Below, in pieces: positions 54,504-64,000 of a stretch of 64,000 nucleotides of DNA; within the stretch, counting starts at the first letter, position 1, and the number at the start of each line of letters is the position of its first letter. A program made the translations under genes and the position numbers. The notes under the pieces were generated by a model, which saw nothing but the letters and a program-made list of their open reading frames with translations, had not been told where the DNA came from and made no database searches. This stretch comes from Euryarchaeota archaeon UBA88 (lineage in GTDB: Archaea; Thermoplasmatota; Poseidoniia; Poseidoniales; Poseidoniaceae): positions 5,684-69,683 of the forward strand of contig DAME01000028.1 in assembly GCA_002499545.1 (NCBI GenBank). The letters run 5' to 3'.

Positions 54504-55174
54504 ACAGACGCTTTTGACGCACCCACATTGATGCTTGAAAGAGCGTGCATTGCTTGCATGAGGATTTCGCGTAGTGCGTTGTACAACGGTTGCCATGTCG
54601 ATGGGATTTGAGCAGGAGGAGAGACAGGGAGTGGACCGTCACCAGTAGAAAGGACCGTAGCAAAAGGGCGCACCTGTCCGGTACCTACCATGTCGATGAT
54701 GAGGGAGAGATGGTATGCTTCACGATTTTTGATGACTTTTGCAGATTCGATTTGAGCGATGGCTTCTGCAGGGAGTTCGGACAGCCAGTTTTCGCCCCGC
54801 TGCTCACGAGCTTCTAATTCCTTCTTGACGAGAACTTCGAGAAGTTCAGTGATAACTTCGCTTGACATCACAGGGGTTGCAATGATATTTTCAACTTCTT
54901 CTGTGGTTTCGGTTTGAGCGTGTGAGTGTTCAACAGGTTCATCGATAAACGTGAATCCGCCATCTTGCTCTTCTGACATTGAGAACATTGAATCAGCGGT
55001 CAATACCTGTTCATCGTCGTCTTCCATGAACGCAGCAAGTGGGTCAAATTGATTGACGGAGTGGCTTGTATGTGCAGTTTGAGCGGGTGTCGAATGCGGA
55101 CGAGACGCACCGAGTTCTGCAAACATGTCGACGTCTTCTTCAGCGTAATCGGTTGTTAGAGTGAAAGAATCCAT
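54500..55174 (-). CDS. Hypothetical acidic protein
   Basis: 224 aa. The N-terminal half is very acidic and probably disordered; the C-terminal region of about 100 aa looks structured. No recognisable motif. Confidence 0.45.
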   Translation of the reverse strand: MDSFTLTTDYAEEDVDMFAELGASRPHSTPAQTAHTSHSVNQFDPLAAFMEDDDEQVLTADSMFSMSEEQDGGFTFIDEPVEHSHAQTETTEEVENIIATPVMSSEVITELLEVLVKKELEAREQRGENWLSELPAEAIAQIESAKVIKNREAYHLSLIIDMVGTGQVRPFATVLSTGDGPLPVSPPAQIPSTWQPLYNALREILMQAMHALSSINVGASKASV

Positions 55175-55288
55175 TATGTCACTTCGACTCTAATTTAATT
55201 CTCATAGTACATGAAAGAATGTTTTTCCGTCATGACGAACATTTCACACATTTCACCGATAGTTTATCATCAAAGGAGTTCATGGATA

Positions 55289-55948
55289 ATGGCAAAATCT
55301 CAAATGGCTCCCCCCTCAGCACATCATGTGAGGTACGTTCGATTGAATGCGTTGCATGTGTTGTTAGTCTTGCTTCTTTTCTCACTCTGGGCGCCGCCAA
55401 TTCAGAGTATTCCGACAGGCATTGGGTCATCCGCAAACGACGGTTGTCTCTGCCATGGTAGCCAATCCAACCAAACTACAACTTCTCTAATTGGGTTGCC
55501 TGATACATACGAGAGTAACCAGAGTTATGCTATCACGTTGGCGATTGACAGCACGGTAGAGCAAACCGAAAACGCTGCACAGGGCGGATTCCGATTACGT
55601 ATCGACCAGGGTTCGATAGTGTTCGAGAATCAAAGCCATGCGCAGATTCTCGATGATGGATGGACCCATACATTAGCCGGTAACCAGCAGAGAATATGGA
55701 ATTTCACCTGGATATCTCCCCTTGATAACCAAACCACGACGACTTTCACGGCGCACGGTAATGCGGTCAATGGAAACGAAAATTCAATGGGGGATGTCTG
55801 GAATTCGTTTCAGTTAACAATTCCCGGGGCGGCATACACCGGAGAAGTCGTTCAGCCCGAAGTTGTGATTTTTGAGTATTCAAATTTCACAGTCATCCTT
55901 ATCGGACTGAGCGTGATGTTTTTGTTACTGTATTTCGCAGTTCGATGA
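55289..55948 (+). CDS. Secreted protein with a CxCH motif and a C-terminal TM anchor
   Basis: ATG 55289 is preceded by AAAGGAG. The signal/anchor is LHVLLVLLLFSLWAPPIQS. The motifs SANDGCLCHGS and ...GGFRLRI...HGNAVNGN... follow, and the C-terminus is FTVILIGLSVMFLLLYFAVR. Confidence 0.55.
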   Translation: MAKSQMAPPSAHHVRYVRLNALHVLLVLLLFSLWAPPIQSIPTGIGSSANDGCLCHGSQSNQTTTSLIGLPDTYESNQSYAITLAIDSTVEQTENAAQGGFRLRIDQGSIVFENQSHAQILDDGWTHTLAGNQQRIWNFTWISPLDNQTTTTFTAHGNAVNGNENSMGDVWNSFQLTIPGAAYTGEVVQPEVVIFEYSNFTVILIGLSVMFLLLYFAVR

Positions 55949-57094
55949 TCAGTTCACGAATTCAATCTGCTGATTTCGTAACGCTCGAAGTTGTCGATTC
56001 TCGCTCGCACCGTGTATTTGCTCACTTTTCACACCGGTCAAAACTAACATGACCCGTACTTCATCGTTCAGTTCAGGTTTGACTGCAGCACCCCAGATAA
56101 TCTGCGCGTGTGGTGAGATCTGGTCCTTGATTAATTTTGCACATTTCTCGGCTTCACCGAGTGTAAGGCTTTCTCCACCAACGACGTTGATAAGAGCCCC
56201 GCGGGCATCAGAAGCATCGATATCCAATAGCGGTGAATGAAGAGCTTCCATTGTGGCAGCCTCTGCCCTACCAGGTCCTGCAGCGGAGCCAAGTCCAATC
56301 ATGGCAACGCCGCTTCCAAAGTTAATCACGGAACGGAGGTCTTCAAAGTCGAGGTTAACCATTCCATCAATTGTCAAGAGTTCGGCCACACCGGTAATAG
56401 AACGAACTAACAATTCATCACCGACTCTGAATGCACTCGCAATCGGAAGGTCTTTGACGCCTTCAATCTCAAGCAGCCGCTCGTTTGGAATCACAAGAAT
56501 AGTATCGCAGTGTTCTCGCAGACGCTCAAGCCCCCACTCTGCATTTTGCTTACGCAATGCCCCCTCGGAGTTGAACGGGTAGGTGACTACAGCAATGGTC
56601 ATGGCACCTTGTTGTTTTGCTAAGCGGGCAATCTGACCTGCTGCACCGGTACCTGAACCGCCACCCATTCCTGCCGTGATGATGGCGAGTTGGGTGTCGT
56701 TGGTGATTCGTCGAAGTACCATTTCAGATTCGAGTGCTGCGGCTTCTCCCTTAGTGGGGTCTCCTCCAGCACCTCTACCACGAGCAGTTCGTCCAATCAG
56801 CACTTTTTCTTCGACAGGTGACATCAGTAGGGCTTGCGCATCGGTGTTAATCGCATAGCCAGTGACGTAGGAGTTTTCGAACAAACCCTCGCTGAAGAGG
56901 CGGCTTATGGCATTGCACCCGGCACCTCCTACACCGTATACACGAATTCGGGGTTGGAGTGATTCGAGCAGTGCTTTGAGTTCCAATTCACTTCCCTCTC
57001 CAAGCGGTGGGGCTTGTAAAGCAGGTGAGGCAATCTCGGATTCGCTGAGTTCTAAAACTCGATCAATCAAGTGTCGCATAGGGGTCATGCTCAC
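55949..57094 (-). CDS. ftsZ: Cell-division GTPase FtsZ
   Basis: The motifs are VYGVGGAGCNAISRL, the tubulin signature GMGGGSGTGAAGQIA and the T7-loop region NLDFEDL. An N-terminal extension of about 55 aa is present. Confidence 0.9.
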   Translation of the reverse strand: MSMTPMRHLIDRVLELSESEIASPALQAPPLGEGSELELKALLESLQPRIRVYGVGGAGCNAISRLFSEGLFENSYVTGYAINTDAQALLMSPVEEKVLIGRTARGRGAGGDPTKGEAAALESEMVLRRITNDTQLAIITAGMGGGSGTGAAGQIARLAKQQGAMTIAVVTYPFNSEGALRKQNAEWGLERLREHCDTILVIPNERLLEIEGVKDLPIASAFRVGDELLVRSITGVAELLTIDGMVNLDFEDLRSVINFGSGVAMIGLGSAAGPGRAEAATMEALHSPLLDIDASDARGALINVVGGESLTLGEAEKCAKLIKDQISPHAQIIWGAAVKPELNDEVRVMLVLTGVKSEQIHGASENRQLRALRNQQIEFVN

Positions 57095-57166
57095 CCGAGT
57101 ACCCTTGAATGTGCCGCCCTCACAGAGCGCTGAAACAGCGTTCTTTGGAGGTTTTTCAGTTCACCA

Positions 57167-58204
57167 TCAGTCTCGTAGACCTTCTTGTGTAACCTGGTAA
57201 ACACACTCACCGTCTGGTAGGTTCGGTGAATCGACCAGTCGTGCAATACGTCGGCCACCCTTTGCTTTGCGCAGGTAGAGTCGGAAGGTTGAGGCGTGGG
57301 CGAGCACGTGTCCACCGATTGGCTTTGTTGGGTCGCCCCACATTGCATCCGGCTTCGAGTGCACTTGATTTGTCACCAGTACCAAGGCATTGTTGATATC
57401 TGCCAATTGCTTGAGATCTTTCAGATGGCGGTTGAGCTTTTGTTGCCTGTTGGCGAGCATTCCACGGCCGATGTATTCTGCTCGATAGTGGCTGGTGAGC
57501 GAGTCAACAATGATCATTTTGACATTGAGTCCCTTGCTCATGCGCTTGATTTCATCGACCAAGAGCATCTGGTGTGCGGAGTTGTAAGCACGAGCGACGT
57601 GAATTCGGCTGAGAACTTGTTCTGGGTCAAGGCCGTGCCCTCTTGCCATTTGCGTGATTCGTTCAGGGCGAAATGTATCTTCCGTATCGATGTAAAATAC
57701 ATCGCCATCAAATCCACCTTCTTCTAGCGGAAGGGTACAATTGACTGCGAGTTGATGCCCAATTTGAGTCTTACCGCTTCCGAATGCACCGTAAACTTCG
57801 ACGAGTGCTTGTGTTTCAAATCCGCCGCCAAGCAGGTCGTCAATCGACTGAACTTTTGAGGAGAGTTTGAGGACTTCTCGACGTCGTTCTAGCAGTGCGC
57901 CACCTGAGACGAATCCGCCGATGTTCGCCATTTTCTTTGCGCCACCGATAATCTTTGTAGCAACTGCTTCACCGAGTTCAGCTTGATCTGCCAAGTCGCC
58001 AGGTGACATGACAGCGAGTGCGAGCAAGTCATCAAAGCCGGCTTCACGCAATTTTTCTGCGGTAGCAGGGCCCACTCCAGGTAAGTCTTCGATAAGCGGC
58101 TCTGGGACGTCCTCTTCTTCTGCCATCATTGCAGATGCTTTCACCTTAGGGTCTTCATTGTTTTCAATTTCTTCTTTCGCTGTTTTCTTTGCTTTAGCCG
58201 CCAT
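57167..58204 (-). CDS. radA: DNA repair and recombination protein RadA
   Basis: The N-terminal HhH segment is [20 protein letters not shown]. Walker A is [14 protein letters not shown] and Walker B is MIIVDSL. The length of 345 aa is typical of archaeal RadA. Confidence 0.9.
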   Translation of the reverse strand: MAAKAKKTAKEEIENNEDPKVKASAMMAEEEDVPEPLIEDLPGVGPATAEKLREAGFDDLLALAVMSPGDLADQAELGEAVATKIIGGAKKMANIGGFVSGGALLERRREVLKLSSKVQSIDDLLGGGFETQALVEVYGAFGSGKTQIGHQLAVNCTLPLEEGGFDGDVFYIDTEDTFRPERITQMARGHGLDPEQVLSRIHVARAYNSAHQMLLVDEIKRMSKGLNVKMIIVDSLTSHYRAEYIGRGMLANRQQKLNRHLKDLKQLADINNALVLVTNQVHSKPDAMWGDPTKPIGGHVLAHASTFRLYLRKAKGGRRIARLVDSPNLPDGECVYQVTQEGLRD

Positions 58205-58381
58205 TCTGGTTCACTTCCAAACTCTGCTGGTATGCCAACAGTATATGAAAGACAGAAACAGGGGTACGGGCTTATTACCTCTAAAATCAAGTTTTTGTGC
58301 GAGTCTGTTCAATATGCTGCGAGCATATTTTTCACTTTAAGTTCATATTTTCTTAAACTGAAACTGAACTGTATCGGCGTC

Positions 58382-59203
58382 TTACTCTTCAGGAACGGGC
58401 ACTGTTGAAGGGTTTGGCATTGATTCTTCTGCTTCGTATGATATGGTAACAGCATGGTCGACGTTGACTTGTTCATCTCCGTTCCCTTCAGCTGAGAGTT
58501 CGACGTTTAATTTCCAAATTCCAGATTCGATGAAGTACTGCCCGTGCACCCAATTTGCATCTTGCCCATCACCAATTTGTTCTGGTTGAGATTCGGCGGC
58601 GATCACATCTGTCGAATTGGTGAGCTGCCAGGTCACGGTTACAGATTGGCCTCCAAAGCCAAACCCATTCGCTGGATTTTCTACCACTGAATCGATATCG
58701 ATTTTCTCAGGAGCGGCACATACGCAGTCAGGACGAGCATCGATGTTCATCGTTGCAGGATTGGTCGTTGAATCATCTGACCAACTGATTCTCTTGTCAA
58801 TTCGAATCGTGACTGTCTCATTGTATTCATTGCCCTGGTCATCGATTGCACCAATCACGGCAGGAAACAGTCCGTGCGTTGCATAGGTGTACGAAATTTC
58901 TCCATTTTCAGCAGCATTGTTCTCAATTCGACTCGACCCATCGCCCGGTTCAAGGTAAAACACCGTCATTTCACCTTCAGACGACATGGTGTATGAGAAA
59001 TCAAAAAGTATGTCCACATCATTTTGTGAGACTTGTTGGTTATTTTGCATCACTTCTTCAATCACGCCCGAGGTCGTATCATAGTACACGACAAAGTCAA
59101 TGACACTCGTTTCAGATTCATCACCACTCCCGGTACAGCCCGAAAAAGTGGAACCAACCATTACAGCGCAGAGCAGCAGAGGGAGTAACCTACGTTGTCG
59201 CAT
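58382..59203 (-). CDS. Secreted lipoprotein-like protein (beta-rich, PKD/Ig-like)
   Basis: ATG 59203 gives MRQRRLLPLLLCAVMVGSTFSGC, a signal with a lipobox-like Cys. The rest is acidic and beta-strand-rich, for example ...YTYATHGLFPAVIGAIDDQGN.... The track start is 59251. Confidence 0.55.
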   Translation of the reverse strand: MRQRRLLPLLLCAVMVGSTFSGCTGSGDESETSVIDFVVYYDTTSGVIEEVMQNNQQVSQNDVDILFDFSYTMSSEGEMTVFYLEPGDGSSRIENNAAENGEISYTYATHGLFPAVIGAIDDQGNEYNETVTIRIDKRISWSDDSTTNPATMNIDARPDCVCAAPEKIDIDSVVENPANGFGFGGQSVTVTWQLTNSTDVIAAESQPEQIGDGQDANWVHGQYFIESGIWKLNVELSAEGNGDEQVNVDHAVTISYEAEESMPNPSTVPVPEE

Positions 59204-59339
59204 GATATTATGCAAGCAGTCCATGTTCATCAATCCAGTGCAGAGAATCATTCAATCAGCGGTTTTTCTCCACCCTGTCGATAAATTCACTGGCAAAGGC
59301 ATCGGTGCATTGAAAACAGGGGAGGTCAGCCCATGAGTT

Positions 59340-59417
59340 AACGAGGTGGGGTAGTCTGGATATCCCGTCGGGCTCATAACCCGGAGATCGGTGGTTCAAA
59401 TCCATCCCTCGTTACCA
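59340..59417 (+). tRNA. Initiator tRNA-Met (anticodon CAT at 59375-59377), CCA encoded
   Basis: I folded the cloverleaf by hand. The acceptor stem AACGAGG/CCTCGTT has 7 Watson-Crick pairs. The D stem is GGG/CCC. The anticodon stem is TCGGG/CCCGG with loop CTCATAA. The T arm is GGTGG-TTCAAAT-CCATC. The discriminator is A59414 and CCA is at 59415-59417. The A1:U72 pair and three G:C pairs next to the anticodon loop are initiator hallmarks in archaea and eukaryotes. Confidence 0.85.
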
Positions 59418-59464
59418 TTCAATGCCGGCCACCTCGGCCAAATCTCAGTGGCTTCGTTACAGTG

Positions 59465-60211
59465 TTAGTATTCGTAGTAGTCGTGGTTGGTCTCAAGCGA
59501 GTCTAACGCAGCCTGTAAGCGGGCATTTGTTGCGGCTTCACCGCGCTGAATTCGTCCGACGTCATGCTGTAAAGAATTGGCTAATTCAGTACTTTGTGCT
59601 TCAAGAATTCCTTCAGCCGCAGCCTTTTGCAGTACCAACACGATTGATGCGACTTCAGCCACTGGGCGCCCCTCGGGCTGTAATTCGAAGTTTCCACTGA
59701 CTGAAATGACTGGTCCAGCATTCTTCACTGTGTTGATTAAGCGACCAATGGTGGACTTGTGTAAAGGAAGCGCCGTGCATGCATCCAGTGCATTCGCCAC
59801 ATGACCTGGTGCTAATTTTTCACATTTTGCGAAGGATTTTACCGCCGATCTTTTCTTCCCCAACGCCCCAAAAATATTCCCTCCTCTGCGAAAATCTTCG
59901 CATGCCGGAGACATTTTTTCCAAAAGGTGAGGGGCTTCCGAACGGAGCATCTTGGTCAATTTCTTTCGTTCTCGATGCAGTAATTTGACGCTGGCTGCAG
60001 CTCGTGCTGCCTTGTTGCGAGCCAGCAGTACATCGGTGAGGATACGCAATCCCTTAACCAGCATTATTTGCTGGTCTGTTGATCGCTTTTTTTGACCCAA
60101 ATACATCTCAGTGAATTGGCTTGCCATGACTTCAGACATTTCCATCCGGCCGTCTGCAACATATCGCTCCAACTGATGCAGCGTTTGGGCGGGGTCGGAC
60201 ATTCCAAACAT
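59465..60211 (-). CDS. Hypothetical helical protein
   Basis: 248 aa. The ORF is coherent, basic and helical, with no recognised motif. It converges on the tRNA gene. Confidence 0.5.
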   Translation of the reverse strand: MFGMSDPAQTLHQLERYVADGRMEMSEVMASQFTEMYLGQKKRSTDQQIMLVKGLRILTDVLLARNKAARAAASVKLLHRERKKLTKMLRSEAPHLLEKMSPACEDFRRGGNIFGALGKKRSAVKSFAKCEKLAPGHVANALDACTALPLHKSTIGRLINTVKNAGPVISVSGNFELQPEGRPVAEVASIVLVLQKAAAEGILEAQSTELANSLQHDVGRIQRGEAATNARLQAALDSLETNHDYYEY

Positions 60212-60347
60212 GAGAACGGCCGTTGCTGCGGTTGATGCTCTATGATGCCTTTGGAGATTCGAACGGTTGGATCTCTACCTTAGCCGAACCGAAGCAATCT
60301 TTCAGAATTCATCGTTGTGGTTTAATTATCGAAGCCAATGCGGGACC

Positions 60348-60881
60348 ATGGGTGAAGGGTTGTGCATCGCTGTATCTGGAACTCCAGGAACGGGCAAGTC
60401 CACCGTGTGTCAACTTCTATCCTCTGACTTCACGATCGTTTCTTTGAGTGAACTTGCAGAGGAATACGGGTGCTTAGACTCCGTCGATTTAGCAGATGGT
60501 GCAGCACCCGTAGACATCCATCGCTTAGCAGACGAATGGGAGTTTGTAGGAGAATCTCTAACTTTCATCGACGGTCATTTATCACATTTTCTCGACGTAG
60601 ATGGTATTGTGCTGTTACGGAGCAAGCCAGAGGATTTACGCTCACGTTTGCTCACCCGCGGATACGATGAAGTCAAAATCACTGCTAACATCGAGTGGGA
60701 GATGATTTCTGGAACGTGGTCTGAACTCGTAGAGTTTGAAATTGAAACCCCACTGCTTGAAATCGACACATCATCGAAGTCACCTGAACAGACCGCAGAA
60801 ACAATTCGGTCTTGGCTTGCAAGCAACCTTCCTTCAGATTCGATTCAAACTCTTCGCGCAGATGCAATCAGTTGGCTCTAA
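60348..60881 (+). CDS. Fap7/AK6-like nucleotide (adenylate) kinase
   Basis: ATG 60348 gives MGEGLCIAVSGTPGTGKSTVCQLL (P-loop at the extreme N-terminus). The size of about 177 aa and the layout are typical of archaeal Fap7-type kinases. Confidence 0.65.
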   Translation: MGEGLCIAVSGTPGTGKSTVCQLLSSDFTIVSLSELAEEYGCLDSVDLADGAAPVDIHRLADEWEFVGESLTFIDGHLSHFLDVDGIVLLRSKPEDLRSRLLTRGYDEVKITANIEWEMISGTWSELVEFEIETPLLEIDTSSKSPEQTAETIRSWLASNLPSDSIQTLRADAISWL

Positions 60882-60949
60882 TCCATTTTAGCTGGGCAAT
60901 TTCACCGCAACAACAAACACCCCCCCGTCACGGCAGTGCCTTGAGTCAC

Positions 60950-61657
60950 ATGGCATTGGAGAAACTTCGCAACGTATGGGAAAGCATTCTTGACCCAATC
61001 CTCGAATCACTATCTGGTGTCAAACCCTCCACCGTCACATGGGTTGCATTACCGATTGGGATTCTTGGTGGGCTCGCTATTTTAGTCGCTCCAAACGATT
61101 CATATGGCGCCAATTTGCTGTTCGGAGGGGGCATCCTGATTCTTTTTGCCATGGCGTTGGATGGCCTTGATGGTCCGTTAGCCCGTAAATATGGAAACAT
61201 CAGTCGCTGGGGCGACTATCTTGACCACACCTTTGATCGGTTGCTCGATGCCATCTGGATCATCTGTATTGCTGGTTCCGTATTCGTTGGCGATTTAACC
61301 CTCGGAATGACGGCGGCCTGGCTCACCTTACTTGGTTCCTACATGGGGACACAAGCTCAAGCGGTTGCAGGAACCAGAAACTATCGCGGATTTTCACGAG
61401 CAGACCGAACAATTTTGATGATTGTTGCAATTTTTTTATCCGGGGCATTCATTCATTTTGGAGTCGAAGATTTCGGTACCTTCCCCGGCATACTTGACCA
61501 CGTCTCAATCAATCCCTTGAGCATGATTGTCGTGATATCAGCCTTCGGCGGTTTGTGGACATTTTTGGTACGTTTTTTACAAGCTAAATCGGAAATAAGC
61601 CGCATCGATAAAGACGACCCTTTGCCACAACCAAGCCGTGAATCGGAGCAGGAATGA
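60950..61657 (+). CDS. CDP-alcohol phosphatidyltransferase (archaeal phospholipid head-group synthase)
   Basis: The signature D-G-x2-A-R-x8-G-x3-D-x3-D is present as LDGLDGPLARKYGNISRWGDYLDHTFDRLLD. The protein has multiple TM helices. ATG 60950 is preferred to the track start at 60812, which overlaps the upstream kinase gene. Confidence 0.8.
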   Translation: MALEKLRNVWESILDPILESLSGVKPSTVTWVALPIGILGGLAILVAPNDSYGANLLFGGGILILFAMALDGLDGPLARKYGNISRWGDYLDHTFDRLLDAIWIICIAGSVFVGDLTLGMTAAWLTLLGSYMGTQAQAVAGTRNYRGFSRADRTILMIVAIFLSGAFIHFGVEDFGTFPGILDHVSINPLSMIVVISAFGGLWTFLVRFLQAKSEISRIDKDDPLPQPSRESEQE

Positions 61658-61754
61658 ACGACTTTCTCGCCACCCCGTAGGGGTGAAGCGAATCACTTCT
61701 TTTTTCCGAGAATATGCGGTATGCTCATAACGGTTGCATGCCACAAGTCGTTTG

Positions 61755-64000
61755 ATGACAGTCGAAGTACTCGGTAAAGACAGCAAGCGTGTCGCTCTTT
61801 TCCTCTCGGTTTGCATGCTTCTTGCACTGGCCCCTGCAACCAACGTATCTGCAGAAGATATTGGTGATCCTGCGAATTTGCAAGCCCAAGACATTCAGGC
61901 ATCTTTCGACTCCTTATCAGAGACCACGACGGTGACGTGGAGGAATATCGATATCGACAGTTCGGTTCTGCAGGGTTTGTTTTCTGCAACCTACAACGTG
62001 TACCGTTCTGACGTACCAATCACCTCACTTTCCATCACCAGCATGACTCCTTTTGAGACCGGCATTCCAGCATGTCTTCCCGGTGATGTTCTCAATGATG
62101 CGTTCAAATGCCGTGGGCTCAACGGTACGGTAGCGCCATTCAGTGTTTCGTTTATCGTCTCTCCCGGGGTCAACAATTCATTCTATTACGCAGTCACGAC
62201 AACAACTGGAGATGGTAGCGAATTGTTTGACTTGGACCTGAATGCTTCGGTTCTCTATGAACCGGTTCTTGAGGTTACAACACCGGTTCGCTCACCCTAC
62301 AACCTGATTGGTTCGTTTGACCCAGATCAAAGCGCTACAACCCTTCAATGGGTCAATTACAACGACATCAACCCGGTTCTACCTGAAACAGGAGAAAATG
62401 CATATTCAATTCACGTTTACCAAACGACGTACCAAGCCACCCGACAAAACGGTGCTTCACTTCTTGAAGATGAAACGCCCATCGCCGTCCTTGAAGCGGG
62501 CAATTCATCCCACACGGTTGCTATACCACCCTCGACAGACCGCAACATGTTCTACTCAATCACCTATGTGTTGCCGAATTGGATTGCACCTGGACAAGAC
62601 TATGAGGACGTTCGCTTCCTTTCGAACAACGCCATGTCAACTGGAATTCTTGAAGACAACATGCCGCCATCCCAAGTGCCGGTCATGAGCGCTCAATTTA
62701 TCGCTACACCATCGAATGGACGTGGTGTCACCAACCTCACGTGGGATGACGTGATGGGTGAAAATGGAGAATCGTACAGGATTTACATGTCAAGTGGCCC
62801 CTTCAGCAGCATCCTTAGTCCCAATGTACAGTTGGTTGCCACCGTTGCTGAAGGCGTTGAATCATTCAGCTACTCAATCCCGACAGGCCGTCTAGGGTAC
62901 GCCTACTACTGCATTGTCACCGTTGACGTCTATGGGGCGTATGACGCAAATACATCCTTCACATCCTGTTCAGGTGCGGTGGAAGAAGACTCCTTTTCCC
63001 CGTGGATTGCCGAGCCAACCAATGTTTATGCTGAATTTATTGGAGACAGGACGACTCGGATTACGTGGGTCGATCAGTTGGGCGTTCAAGGCGAACGCTA
63101 CCACGTTTGGTCATCAACATGGCGCGTGACTGGTGCCGAGTTTATCGAGAACCAGTCCGTTCAGTGGCTTGGCGTAGTTAGCGACGGAGTCGGTGAATTC
63201 AATGTCGCCCTTCCCGAAGGACTTCCTGATACAACCCGAACGCACTACTTCGTCACAACTGAAGCACTGTACGGGCATTTGGATGTTACATACATGGACA
63301 CCAGATTAAATCAGAACCATTTCCAAATTGCGGAAGGAAATGAAGAAGATACTACAGCACCCAATCCTGCTCGAGTCAAGGAAGCGAACCCCGTTGGAAG
63401 CCTCAACTACATTGAATTGGAATGGTTCAATGAAGACGATATTGACGAGCGTTACCAGGTCTGGAGACATTATGGACAACCCTTCGGTGAGGACTTTGAT
63501 GAAATTGGAACCATCGAGGATGAAGGTTGGGAACTCGCTATTGATCAAATTGAAGCAGGTTCTTCGGCTGCAAGTACCTTGTACCGTCAAATTCCAATTC
63601 CGGACGATGTTGACCGAGATGTATGGTATGCGGTAATCATCGAAGACAAGTGGGGTAACAGCAACCCAGAAGCCTACTCTGGACTTGGTGCCAATGCAGT
63701 GATGGTCAACGAAGACACCCGCAGCCCGAACGCTTCATTGATGATTCTTAACGACGATAACGAAGTCTATTCAAGCCCCTCGCTTGTTTCGGGCGACTAC
63801 AAGTTGTGGATTGAATTCGACGAATACCTCGGTCAGAACCCACTTCTGACAATTCACACGAACGGTGGTGAAAATCTGTTCACGGACAGAGAGATGGTCT
63901 TGATGCAAGAGAACGCTGGAGACCCTGATAGGGGACCGATTTACCAACTTGATTTCTTTATCACAACCCAAACTTCTCCAGGACCTCTGATGTTTAATTT
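61755..64000 (+). CDS. Large secreted surface protein with repeated Fn3-like modules (3' end outside the window)
   Basis: This ORF is not in the supplied track. I translated the frame from ATG 61755 by hand and found it open to nt 64000 (at least 748 codons). The N-terminus is MTVEVLGKDSKRVALFLSVCMLLALAPATNVSA (signal peptide). Modules of the type ...T(V/L).W...Y.(V/I)(Y/W)... recur, for example TVTWRN..YNVYRS, TLQWVN..YSIHVYQ, NLTWDD..YRIYMSS, RITWVD..YHVWSS and ELEWFN..YQVWRH. Confidence 0.7.
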   Translation, partial: MTVEVLGKDSKRVALFLSVCMLLALAPATNVSAEDIGDPANLQAQDIQASFDSLSETTTVTWRNIDIDSSVLQGLFSATYNVYRSDVPITSLSITSMTPFETGIPACLPGDVLNDAFKCRGLNGTVAPFSVSFIVSPGVNNSFYYAVTTTTGDGSELFDLDLNASVLYEPVLEVTTPVRSPYNLIGSFDPDQSATTLQWVNYNDINPVLPETGENAYSIHVYQTTYQATRQNGASLLEDETPIAVLEAGNSSHTVAIPPSTDRNMFYSITYVLPNWIAPGQDYEDVRFLSNNAMSTGILEDNMPPSQVPVMSAQFIATPSNGRGVTNLTWDDVMGENGESYRIYMSSGPFSSILSPNVQLVATVAEGVESFSYSIPTGRLGYAYYCIVTVDVYGAYDANTSFTSCSGAVEEDSFSPWIAEPTNVYAEFIGDRTTRITWVDQLGVQGERYHVWSSTWRVTGAEFIENQSVQWLGVVSDGVGEFNVALPEGLPDTTRTHYFVTTEALYGHLDVTYMDTRLNQNHFQIAEGNEEDTTAPNPARVKEANPVGSLNYIELEWFNEDDIDERYQVWRHYGQPFGEDFDEIGTIEDEGWELAIDQIEAGSSAASTLYRQIPIPDDVDRDVWYAVIIEDKWGNSNPEAYSGLGANAVMVNEDTRSPNASLMILNDDNEVYSSPSLVSGDYKLWIEFDEYLGQNPLLTIHTNGGENLFTDREMVLMQENAGDPDRGPIYQLDFFITTQTSPGPLMFN

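Noticed and set aside
55400-55470. CLCH read as a c-type cytochrome heme-attachment site
   Set aside because: The canonical motif is CxxCH, and CxCH has the wrong spacing. I kept it only as a low-interest hypothesis and did not annotate a cytochrome.
1-64000. Scan for CRISPR arrays, rRNA genes, transposases or integrases, and toxin-antitoxin pairs
   Set aside because: I saw no regularly spaced 25-40-nt direct repeats, no rRNA-like conserved stretches, no DDE or tyrosine-recombinase motifs, and no small paired ORFs next to the PIN gene.

Overview
The window reads as a gene-dense (about 90% coding) chromosomal segment of an archaeon. The informational genes are archaeal: an MCM C-terminus, GatE, two Pth2-type peptidyl-tRNA hydrolases, a TFB-family factor, RadA, FtsZ, a Fap7-like kinase, and an initiator tRNA-Met with an A1:U72 pair. 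Mixed in are genes of bacterial flavour: an AddAB-like helicase-nuclease pair, RlmH, MaeB, proline iminopeptidase and a PduO-type adenosyltransferase. An uncultured marine euryarchaeote (Marine Group II / Poseidoniales-like) is a low-confidence guess only. I support about 48 CDS and one tRNA. I saw no rRNA, CRISPR array, transposase, integrase or prophage signature. The most unusual content is:
- a translationally coupled AddB/AddA-like operon (11577-20335), with an oversized A subunit that carries the cysteine-staple nuclease;
- a 1144-aa protein with an orphan helical N-terminal region and a C-terminal PIN nuclease, next to DHH and NUDIX genes (47869-52832);
- a 774-aa orphan protein that opens with a four-cysteine cluster (6884-9208);
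- a polytopic membrane protein ending in twin EF-hands (25345-27312);
- a 2762-aa surface protein (32064-40352) whose C-terminal module family recurs in a long ORF that runs off the 3' edge (61755->64000) and is absent from the supplied ORF track.
All functional calls come from motif recognition by eye. No database search was run.
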